NCBI GenBank assembly: GCA_963668645.2
Contig: CAXXWC010000019.1
Coordinates: forward strand, 64,001 to 128,000
DNA from: Desulfobacterales bacterium
GTDB taxonomy: Bacteria; Desulfobacterota; Desulfobacteria; Desulfobacterales; UBA2174
Reading direction: 5' to 3'
Length of the DNA stretch: 64,000 nt
Part shown: positions 1 to 12,000 of the stretch, piece by piece
Numbering within the stretch: the stretch's first letter is position 1
Layout of the letters: every line of letters starts with the position of its first letter
Notes under the pieces: generated by a model
Seen by the model: the letters and a program-made list of their open reading frames with translations, nothing else
Database searches by the model: none
Told to the model about the DNA's origin: nothing
Translations under genes and position numbers: made by a program

Positions 1-3000
1 TCACGGTGGAGCCGTCGCTACTTATTTCATACCCGATTCCGAGATCCGGCGCACTGTAAGTGATATCGTCTATATTCAGGTTGTTGTCGTAAACACCGAG
101 TTGCACCCAGGTCAGACGGTCGCCGGAGAGGCTGGTCAGGTCGATCTCCACGAGCTGATCGAACTCGTCTCTGATCTCTCCGGCATAGATATAAACGCCC
201 AAGCTCTGGTTGTCCACCAAGTCGGGCGTGCCGGTGGTGTCGACCTGGAAATCACGCCACCGGATCTCCTCGCCGTTGAAGGTGATGGTCTGGTCGCCAA
301 GGCCGTTGGCCAGCCAGACCCGCGCCTCTTGGCCTAAATCGGTAACCACGAGATCCTGGCCGTTGGTCCCGTCGATGCGCAGATAGTCGATGCCATCATC
401 ACTGTACCCGGTGCTGTAACCCGAGGCATCGATGGAAATCTCGCTGGTGGCACTGACAAAGTCGAAGGCGACACCGACATCGCCGTGAAAAAGACTTGCC
501 CCGTCCACGTCCACCGTCACTTCCCGGCCGTCGGCCTGATCCTCGCCGGTGAAAACGATCTCCTGACCGATGCTGTCCCTGAGCAGCTCGATGCCGAAAC
601 TGCCAAGATCGGTGGCCTCGGGTAGCGTCAGGGTAGCGGAGTAGGCGTCGACAAAGGCTTGGACAAAGTTGAAATCGAAGTTGTCGTAGAGCACCCCGTC
701 CATGATTCCACCGATCCCGGCGAGATCTGCTTTTGCGATCCCTGCGTCATAATCGTCGAAGAGCGCGGTCTTGAGGGCATCCAGATCCACCGCTTCAGTC
801 TGCTCTCCGCCTTCGAACTGGTATCCGATAAGGTCGAATTTCTGGAAGAAAAGATCCCCGTAAGCATCGAGCATGGCCTTGAGAACGGCGCCGAAAAGGG
901 AATTGCTGTAATCTCCCCCGTTGAATGTCGCATCCAAGGCCACAACAAGATCATCAAAGGCCGCTCCCTCGGCCGGGAAGTAGGCCGTACCAGCAACGGT
1001 GCCTTCACCGGTGATATCCGCCTGATCCGGCAACGTGACCACCGCATCGCCGATCATGACGTGCGCAAACAGCGTGCCGGCGTAATCGGCAGCCACCTGC
1101 AGGGTGCCGCCATCGGTCATCGTTACGGCAGTTTCGCGACCCGACCCGAGGATCAGCACACCCTCGCCGGTAACTTCCAATTTGCTGGCGCCGCCGCCGA
1201 GAACAGTCTCGCTGGCGTCTTCAATGACCGTGCCGTCTTTTGCATTGGCATCGATGGTAAAGGTGCTGGTGGTGTCGATATCCACCACCAGGCTGCCGAC
1301 GGTGAGCGCTCCAAACCCTTCGGTCTGCAAGGTGTCGATGTCGTTGGCGTCCAGGGTTCCGATATAGACATTCGAACCGCCGAAGTATTCAGAACCGCTG
1401 ATGTAAGCCGCCATTTCGAGGATTCCGAACTCGTGGCCCCCCTCATTTCCGCCCACCACCCAGGTCAGGCCGGGCTTGGCCTCACCCGTTGCATAGTCGG
1501 CAAAAATCGCCGCCTTGAACTGCTCGAGGGTGGTCACCGTAAAGGTCTTGTCTTCCCACTCGCCTAGACCGATCTCTCCGAAGCCGATGTGAATGGCTTC
1601 GAAAACCGCTTCCCAGACCTCCGGGAACTCGTCCAAAAGCGCCTTCATCGCGCCGCCAAAGGCCATGACATCATAGCTGCCGTCCGCCACATGGGCATCT
1701 TCGACAGCGTCAACCAGTTCCTGGAACCTAACCGCATCGTATCCGGCGGTATCGAGGGTCAACGTGTCGGGCGAAGCGAAGGTCAAGGTACCTTCGTAGT
1801 TGGTATCATCATAGAATACAACCTCCAGGGTCTCCGAGCCGCCCTGAATGGTGATGGTCGAGTCAGTTTCGCCATAGAGGCTGTCGTAGAAGTAGATGGA
1901 CTCGAAACCTTCCGGCAAAATGATGGTCAGATCGGTGTGATCCAGATCCACGTCTGCGCCTGTGTCAAAGGTCAGGGTCAGCAACCCGACGGCGCCACTC
2001 AGATCCAAGACATCCTCGTCGATGGACCCTACGCCGAATTCACCCTCAAACACCAGGTTCTCCACACCGTCAAGACCGGAGAAGTTCATGGCCTTGAAGA
2101 TGCGGTCGCTGTTGTCGGTGATGTACAAAGTGTTGTCAGCCCCGTCGCCCAGAATACTGCGGCCGGGAGCGGCCTCGTCGAAGTAAGTGCCGTCGAGATT
2201 CGCCGTGTAAACGGCGTCGTAGGCGTTAATGTCGCCCGAGTAGAGCAGCAACTGATCCGCGGACATGCCCACACCCTGGCCCTCGTACAGTTGAACCGCG
2301 AAACCGCCGAGGTCGGTGTCCGGATCGAGGTCAAGCCGCTGCCCCAGAACGTCCATGGCCTTGATCTCATCTCCGATATTGTTCAGACCGCTGACGTAAT
2401 CGGCTTCAGGATCGCCCGGGTCTTCGCGCGAGATGAATTCGCTGATACCGGCCTGGGCAACGGCGGTACCACTGCCGACATCGATGCTGGCGAAAAGCGG
2501 TCCGCCCGCGGCCAGCAGTTCTTCAACACTTCCGACCAACTGGCGCACGTTGCTCAGCGGATCCTCGCCGTATACCACCCCGAATGCATCGAGATACTGG
2601 AAGAAAAGATCCCCGAAGGTGAAAGCATCTCCGTTGTTGACACTCTCGATGGTGTATTCCTTCACGAACAGGTCGTAGAGCGCCTGCCCGAGTTCGTTGA
2701 CATCGTAGTCCCCGCTGTTGAAGGCGTCCTGAACCGCCTGGATCAGCACGTCGAAAAGGACTTCCTCGGTCTGCACGTATGCCGTACCGTCCAACGTGTA
2801 CAGGTCACCGTCCATCGCCGTTGCCACATCGTCGATACCGGTATCGTACTGGGCCGGATCGGCGTCGATCAGCTTTCCGCGTACGGTCAGATGATCGAGC
2901 GGATTCAAGGCACCCGGGTTTGCGGCGGCAAGATCATCGAGCAGACGATCGATAAAGGCACCGATGTCGGTATAGGTCTCATCGTCCACGTACCCGGTGA

Positions 3001-6000
3001 GCGTGTCGCCGTCATAGGCGATCCGGTAGACATCGAAGCTGAACGGATCCGGATCGGTATCGATACTGAACTGGATCTCGGAGTACTTCGACAGCAGGGC
3101 ATCGGCGTATTCCCCGAAGAGCGACTCGGCAATGGCGGCCAGGCTTTCCGGCTCTCCGGCTGCCACGGCCTCGTTCCAGCTTTCCACCAGGAAGTCGAAC
3201 CGCGCCGTATGCTCCACGGGCAGGGTCACCGTATCTTCGCCCAGCAGGACGTAGGCTTCCAGGTTGCCGTCGTAGGCGGTATCCACAGCCAGGTTGCCGC
3301 CTTCGGTGAAGTCCAGGGACTGGCTCACCGGCACCCGGTCCGGTCTCGACAAGAGGGTATCCTCTGCACCGGTGCCCAGGGTCAGATCCTGGTCGCCGGA
3401 GATGGTGATGGTCTCGTTTTCCGTCATGGCGAAGCGCGAAGCGTCGGTGATTCTGTTGGCCGCCCCGCCGGTGCTTTCGATGTTAACGTCGATACCCGTG
3501 TCGTTGCCGGTATCGACCCAGGATAGGTTGACGCCGGTTTCGCCGTCGAGCATGAGGTTGAGGGTTTCAACGCCGGAGGCTTCGGACAGATCCAGGGTGC
3601 CTCCCCCGTCGCCGGAGTAGACGCGTACATCACGGATCTCGGCCTGGTTGATCAAGGCCACGTCGGCCCCGTCGACCATGTCGAGTTGAGTCTCGGGTGC
3701 AAGTCTGTAAAGTTCACCGGCAAAATCGTTATTGGCGATATCAAGGACGTCAAGCTGGCCGTCAACGCCGCTTCCAAGCCCGGCATCGAACCCGATTCCA
3801 TAGTCTTCCACGTCGATTTGATCATCACCGTAGAAGTCTCCGGCGAAATCGAAGACCACCCTGCTCTCGCCGTCCCCCGAGGGAGCGATGGCAACATCCC
3901 GGCCATCGGCCTGCAAGGCGGTGGTAAAGGTCACTGTCTGGCCGAGACCGTCCTCACACAACATAATGGCGAAATCGCCCAGGATCGTGTCGGAGGACAG
4001 CACCACGCTATCACTGCCCATGAAGGCAATGCCCAGTTTGAGGGTGTAGATGTACTCCTCTATGAATTTCTCGGAAAAGTCTTCGATGCCAACGTAGCGT
4101 TCCAGGCCTTGTTCCGTCTGGATACCGCCACCGAAGCCCAACAATCCGGCCTTGGCAATCCCCGCAGCGTAATCTTCGAAGAGGGCATCCTTGAGTGCCT
4201 GGATATTGTCCACTTGGACCTCATCCTGACCGTCAAACTGGTAGCCCAGAACATCGAAGACATCGAAGAAAGCATCGCCGTAAGCTTCGATGAGGGCTTT
4301 TGCCGCTGCACCGAATTCGTTAACGTCGTAAGTACCGTCATCGACATAGACACCGTCGATTGCCTCGACCAGATCCCCTAGCTGATCGGCGATCTCGGAC
4401 CCGTCATAAGGCAGAACCACCGTAGCCGCATCGATCGTCACCGCCGCATAGAGCACGCCAGGTTCACCGTGAACGACTTCGAGCGTACCGCCTCCGGTCA
4501 TGTCGAGAGCCGTATCTCTAAGTGCTATTGCGGCTCCGTCGTAATCGGGATCTGGCTGGCCCACAAGCGTAATGGCCGTTTCAAAATCGCCGATAAACAA
4601 GGCCCCTTCACCGGTCACTGTCAACGTTCCGCCATTGGTTTCAAGGCCGCTGGCGTCTCTTATGTAGGTGCTGTAGGGTCCACCGTTTTGGACATCGAAA
4701 AAGCCCGCATTGGCATCGATGGTGAACTGTGTGCCGGCAAGGTCGCCCACAACACTGCCGAATGTAACATCCCTGGCGCCTTGAGTGACCAGGGTAGCAA
4801 GATTTTCGATAAGCAGTGTGCCGATAAAAACAGCCGGAGTCTCGATCGGGCTACGCACGGCACTTTGGCTGTCAATCACCAGGGCCTCGGGCGAAGAGAA
4901 CTGTAAAGTGCCCTGGAAATCCACAACCTGATAAGCGTTTACGGTCAGCGTTTCGCTTTCCATGCCGGCGATGGTCAGAACGGCGTTTTCCCCGGAAACC
5001 AGCGGACCGTAAAGGTTGATCGTCTCAAACCCGGTCGGCAGGGTAATGGTCAGATCGCCGCCACCCAAACCAGAGGCGTCATCGAAGACCCCCAGATCAA
5101 GAAAATCCGTGAAAGTAAGTGTCTGGAGCCCATCGGCCCCGCTCAGGTCCAGATGGTCGGCGAATCCGTCGTAGGGCACCGGGCCGAACGGTACGTCGAA
5201 GACCAGGTGCTCCACGGACGAGAGGTTGTCGAAATCCATCTGGCTGAAGGCGCGTTGGCTCGTGTTGGCGTTGATGGTCAGCGTGTTGTCCCCAACGCCG
5301 ATGCCCATAATGGTCAGACCGACTTCGTCCGCCGCAGCCGTCATCAACTGATCGGCGGTGATGGTCAGGCCGGCGCCGGCCTCTCCGGCCTCATCGGCCA
5401 ACGTACCGTCTTCGGCGACATCGCTGAGCTGAATGAGGATATCGTCGTTGAAGGTCAGGCTGGAGTTGGCGTTGAGTTCCAGCCCCGAGAAATCGACAGT
5501 GCCGTCGATCGCAAGGATGGCAACGTCGATGGTCAGGTTTCCGCTGTTGAAAGCGAGGTAATCCTGTATCCCGTTGAGCTTCATGATGCTGCCGGTGGCA
5601 TTGCCAAAATCGAAGGTCCAGGCCGCCGGGTCGCCTTCCGTCGGATTCTCCAGGACGCCCGCCGCCAGGGTCAGAGTCGTAAAGCCCGTTCCGCTGGTGA
5701 AGGTGAACTGATCCTGGTAGACGCCGATTTCGCCAAGATTCAGGTTTCCGGTCAGGCCGGAGGCGTCGACTTCTTTAAGACCGGCTGAATCATCATTCTG
5801 GTAAGCGGGCACCGTCGCAGTGCCGGCAATCAGAGTCGGGTTCAGCGTGAATCCATCAAGCGCCTCTGTCAGCAGGTTGCCGAAAGTCATGTCCCCGCTG
5901 CCCTGCAAGGTGAGCGTTACCGCGTTGTCGGACTGGAAGAACGCCGATCCACCGGCACCCAAGAACAGGCCGTCGCCCTCGTGGGTGATGACCACCTCGC

Positions 6001-9000
6001 GGATGGAGTCGCCGTCGAAGCCATCCGTGCCGGGATGGTTATCGGTTCTGAGTTCGTCAACCGTGACCGTGCTGGCGTTGAAGGTGTTGATGTTGAGCTC
6101 CAGGATCGACAGCTTGACCGTCGACAGGGTGATCTTATCAACATCCAGATCCTCGTAGGCATTCAGGGTCAGATCCACCAGCTTGCTCTCTCCAGAGTCG
6201 CCGATGGTGCCTTCGATATCTCCGATGGTATTGGTCTGGCCGGCGAGGGAGTTGAGCGTCGCCTTGTCGGCAATGGTCAACACATCAATCTTGAAGGTCT
6301 GCTCGTCTGCCACGTTCACGGTTTGCAGGTTCACCACGGAAGCGTTTCCGGAGTTGAGTTCGGAGATGCTCCCGCCACCGTCCTCGGTATCCGGGCCGCC
6401 GGCGTAAGTGTAGACCGGCACCGCGCCGTCGAGGACCACGTTCAGGGTTTCGAGGTAATCGGCGTCCGCGTAACTGATCGTACCGCCATCCTCACCCGTC
6501 ACCACGGTCAGGTTGCGCTCGATCAGATCTTCGCGGGCCGAGTCGATCAACACCGAGGCGCCCGAGGCCACCACCAAGTCGATGTCGCCCAGGCCATTCA
6601 GTTCGTACTCGGGCGCGCTTGCATCGTTGCGGATCTCCAAGACATCCAGCAGATCGTCGTAGCCGGAAACATCCACCTCCTCGACGCTGTCGCAACCGGT
6701 AGCTTCATCCACACTGCTCTCGAAAATCACCCGCGTACCGTCGCCGCCGTTGACTGCCGCGCCGCCGTCGATATCGCCTATGATTTCGATATCGCGGCCG
6801 TCGGCCTGCTCCAGGGTGGTGAAGACGATCTGCTCGGGCAGGTCGTCGCGCAGTTGCAACGTGAACTCTCCGAGGGTGGTGCCATCCGTGAGAATCAGCG
6901 GATAGGCCAGGTACTCGTTTAGCATGGCGTTGATCATATCCATCGCATCGGCGTAGGCCGGATCTGCCAGGGCCTCGAAGTACTGCCATGAGGGCGGCAG
7001 CAGACCAAGAAGATCATCGATTCCGTCGTAGCCGGTTTCCTCGGTGAACCCGGGGATGGCCAGCAACCGATCACCGAATTCGTTGATCAGGGCCGTCATG
7101 GCGTCAAAGGCGTCCTTGTCGTCACCCGCCGTCACCGCCGCATCGTAGGCATCGCGCATTTCTGCCAGCCGCGCGAGCTGATCATCGAGGCGCACCCATC
7201 CGGCCATGTCCGCATCGATGGTCCCGCCGGCGCTCAGGTCCACCGGGCTTTCATCGAGATCGATGACGTTGATGATCCCGTCGCCGTCGAAGCCGATTTC
7301 AGACGCGTTCAGCTCGGCCATCTGGTCGGCGGTAATAGTGACCACCGCACTGGCATCGAGCCAGATGCGACCATCCCAATCGTTACCACCGTCCACCGTG
7401 ATAGTCAGATCCGCCAAGGTGGTGAAGTCGACCTCGCCGAAAATGGCCAGGTCCGCATCGGCGCCCAGATCGATGGTCAGCGTGCCCTGGCCGAGGATGG
7501 TGTCGCCGGTGATGGCGATCCAACTATCATCGGCTGCATTGGACAGGTCAAAGGTCCAGACGCCGCCGTCCAGCAGCTCCACCCCGCCCAGGCCGACCAG
7601 GGTAAGCCCGTTGCCGCTGGTGAGGGTGAAGCCGGCGCCGTCGATCTGCTCGAGGATGACGCCGAACTCATAGTTCGTGCCACTGGCATCGATGCTGCTC
7701 AGGTTGGCCGCTGCGATGCCGTTGTAGTCGCCGGTCCATTCGCCGTCCCCGTCGACTGCGAAGGAGCCCAGATAGAGGTGCCCTTCGGCTGCCCCTTCTC
7801 CATTGTTGGCCGCACCGGTGAGGCTGATGCTTTCAAGCGCGTCGCCGGTCACCGCCGGGCTGGTTCCGATGATCTCTACATCGCCGGTGCCCAGCTTATC
7901 TATGGTCAGATCGGTGATGCTGCCCATCTCCAAAACTCCGGCGGTCACGTCCACGCTGCCGTCGATACCCAGATAGGCATCCGTGGTGGCCGTCGAACCG
8001 AAGGTGATGGCACCGGTCACGTTCAGAATACCGTCGCCGTCTATGAGCAGCGCGTTGACTTCATCACCGGGATCTTCGGTGCCGGCATCGAGTGCATCTG
8101 TGACGTCAACGGCCTCGACGGTGACGGTCTTGACCGGCTCAGGCGCATAGGCGTTCAAAGCTGCGGTAATGGCATCCCAATTACCGTCGTTCTGGAGCGC
8201 ATCGATGAAGTTGCCTTTGATCCCCGCCAGATAAGCCAGCAACTCGTCGACATCGTCGGCACTATCGAACACCAGGGTCTCACCACCATCGACGATGTTA
8301 AACGGTGTCGTGGCGATGTAATCTCCAGCGAAGTTCTTGATCAACCCGACCACGGCCGCGTAAGCTGCCGCGTCGTCTCCCGCACCGTAAGCCGCCACCA
8401 GTTGGTCATAGTATGCGGCATAGGTCAGGTCGTTGACTTCCAGTTCGGCGGTACCGGTGCCGTCGAAGGTGATGGTGCCGGTTTCCAGATCCGCGCCATA
8501 GGTGTTCAACTCGACTGCCATCAGGTCGAAACCGACCCCGCTGGAGATATCGCCCACCGTGTTGACAGCATCCGGGAATCGCTGGCCATCCTCTCCTGCA
8601 CTGACCGGCGTCCAATTTTCAGGCACCAGTTCCGGATAATGGATCACGTAGTCTGTGAAGTTGCCCTGGGCGTCCGGCTCCGTACCTTCCATGCCCAACT
8701 TGGCGTTAATGGTTAATTTTTCGAAAATGATCGAGGACGGATTGATCTCGTTCCCCGTTTCCGGATTCACCGCCCCCGAAGCGATCTCGTTGTTCACCTG
8801 AACGGTGCCCAATTCAACTTCGCCGCCCAGATCGATGGTCACGTCCTTGACAAAGGTCATGTCAAAGGTGTCGGTGACAACCACGTCCACCGGCCCGTCG
8901 GGTGAGGTGCCCACGAAGGACACGAATTCGAGAGTCTTGCTGAATCCTTCGGCATCGTCCAGACCCGGGATCCAGCTGCCGGCCGGCATGTCGATGGGGA

Positions 9001-12000
9001 ACTCGACGCGTACGATATCGATGGCCAATTGGGCAAAATCGATGTCCGGGTTGTTCTGCACGAGCTGCTCGCTCACCCATAGGCGGGCGATTTCTCCGTC
9101 ATAGCCCGAGCAATCGACCGCGTCGACGCCCTCGCCGACATCGGTGAACAGAAATACGATATTCGCCGTGGCCGCTTCTCCCTCTCCGAATCCAACCGCT
9201 TCAACCACCCTGCCATCCGCTTGCTCAAAGGTCATGAAGCGGATGTTCTGCCCAGCGTTGAACGCTCCGTCGACGTTATTCAGCGTGATGCCGAAATACC
9301 CAAGGGCTGTTGCGGCATCCAATGTAACATCGTTATCGTCGCCGAAGCTGATCATGCCGGCAACATCCTCGGAGATGTTGCTCAGATCGAAAGCACCTGT
9401 TTCGTCTGTAAGGCCGACAATATTGACAACGCCTGTAAAGTCGTCACCTTCGTCGTCGCCATCACCCGCCCCGACGATGTACAGGCTGCTGGCCTGCTCC
9501 GGGGTCAGGATCAGAGTGGCGCCGTCCATGATTACGATGGGATTGGTGGCACTGTTGCCGGTAATGACCAGATCGTCACCAAGAGCGCTCAGATCCACCA
9601 CGCCGGAAATCTGCAAGGTGGCATTGGCGCCCAGATCAATCTGCAGGTCGCCGCCGGTGTAAGTCCCGCCGTTGATGTTCAGGACGCTGCCGGCGGCTGC
9701 ATCCTCGAGGTCAAAGTGCCAGCCGGCATCATCGCCGCCGGCATCCAGTGTTTCTCCATCGATCCCGGCCACGGTGATACCGGTGCCGCTGACAAAACTG
9801 AAGTCGGTCTCGCTGATGTTGTTGATGTCGTTGATGGTCAGACTTCCGATGAAACCGGAAGCATCCACTTCGGCCAGCGCATCGCCGTTCAAGTCATCAA
9901 TCACAAGATCGGCGTCCAGCTCGGCGCCGGTGATGGTGACGTCGGTCAGGCCGTCGTCCGCCTCACTTCCGTCGTTGCTGTCCGACATGTTGACGGTCAG
10001 AATGTTGATGTCGCCGTCAGCCGTAATGTCGAAGCTGTCTCGCACCTCCACCGTGGTGACATTCAACGTCCCCTCACTGGCATGCACTAGGGAAAGGGCA
10101 TCAATATTCGGATCGGCGACAGCGTCGAGGGTCCAGATGTTGACGATGCCGTCAACGCCGGTATGCACCGCAATCTCGGCCCCGATGCTCGCCAGCGGGT
10201 TGTAATCCACATCAGTGAGAGAGTTCGCGATATAGCTGAACTCGATACCCCGGATGGTCAACGTGTTTTCGGCGTTGATCACCACGTCCAGCAGGTTGTT
10301 TTCGGTCGCACCGTATGATGGATCGCCGCCGACGATGTACCAGATTTCGTTTTCATCGGTATCCGCAGGATCGGCCGTGCCCACGGAGTCGATGGTCAGT
10401 GTTCTGAAGAACTGCTGATCGTATTCGGTTGTGTCCACAGGCACGAGAGTGCCGATATCGATGGTGTGCGTAATGGTCGAGTCGCCCAGGAGGAAGACAT
10501 TGAGGTTCTCGAGGTAGCGCTCTCCGGTGACATCGGCGAAGACCAGACCGCCCAGAACCGTCTCGCCGACGTCAACGATGAAGTCACGGTCGTAGCCCAT
10601 CGCACCAGGCAGAGCCCCGCCGGGAAGTTCATCCCAGCTCGTGACCCTCACCGCGATATCACCGATCAGGTTGTAAAGGATCTTTTCGACGTTTTCATCA
10701 TACTGCCAGAACTGGCCGAGAACCAGATTCCTCAGGATCTCCAGCTCGAATTCGCCGCTGAAGTTGGAGCAGTCGATTCCCTCTCTATCCCAGAATTCGC
10801 CATCGCCAATCGGCAGATCTGCATACAGCAGGTCAAGGGAAACCACCGCCGTGTCAGGCCCGTCAATGAAACGCTCATCGGCCTGGTCGTAAGTCAGCAG
10901 CCGGATCTCCTGGTCGTCTGTCAGATGGATGGCGAAGCTTCCCAGATCGGTTTGAGATTCCCAGTAGCCCGTGTTTATTCCATCGCCCAGGTTCCACACG
11001 CCGAAGATGAGTACATCGTCCGGCACATCCAGGTTGGCAATGTAATCCGGGTCGAGCAGATCGGCATCGTAATTGTAGTTCAGCTCGCCCACGTCGTCGG
11101 CCACGTAGAGGTTGGCATGGGCGGCATAAATATGGCTAAGATCGATATCCGCGTTGTCGTTGGCGAAATCGCGCAGGTTGACGGTGATGTCGTAGTTGCC
11201 ATCACCATCGGCAACACCAGTGCCCATGATCTCCGGGCAACCCATGGCTTCATACATATCCGCATCGATTTCGACAGTCACCCCGTCGGGCACATAGATG
11301 GTACCCACCTCAAAATTAATGGTGCCGTCAAAAGTGAACGTGTCTCCGGCTGTCGCATCCAGGGTGATGGACTCTACTTTGAGGCCGGCGATACTGCCCA
11401 GGTCGAGCCCCTGGTGCGCCTCGGTAAAACCGACGATGTTGAGTTCCGCCGTGGGCTCAGGGACACCGTCTTCCGGCAGAACACTCAGGTTGGCGGCTCC
11501 GATGTCCGCGATTTGATCCGCGTCCAGAGTCAGCTCTGAACCGTTTTCAAAAGCGATGGAAGAAACGCCGTCCAGGGTGTATGCGGAGAGATCCACCGCA
11601 TCGGCGTCGGTTACGCCCTCTTCAATGACGTCATCTCCCGCAATGGTCAACGCGATATGGTCGCCCAGAAACTGGACGTCTTCGATGTGCGCCGCATTGA
11701 TGCCTTCGTCCACGGTCACACCCAGGGTGCCGGTGCCCAGATTGTTGACCACCAGATGGGTTACATCGTTGTCGTCGAGATTCATCTCGCCGACGTTGAC
11801 ATTGGCGGTGCTGGTATCCGTGACGGTGAAAGTGGCCGTGGCATCGTTCGGGTCTTCATCATCCCGCTGCACTGAAGAAAAAGTGATCGTGTCGATGGAA
11901 AGATCCTGCTGTGCGTTGACCACGATGTCGAGCAGGTCGTTTTCGCTGGGCCCGTCTTCGACGCCGGCGGTGATATCATCCAAGCTGTTGGGTTCGTTGC

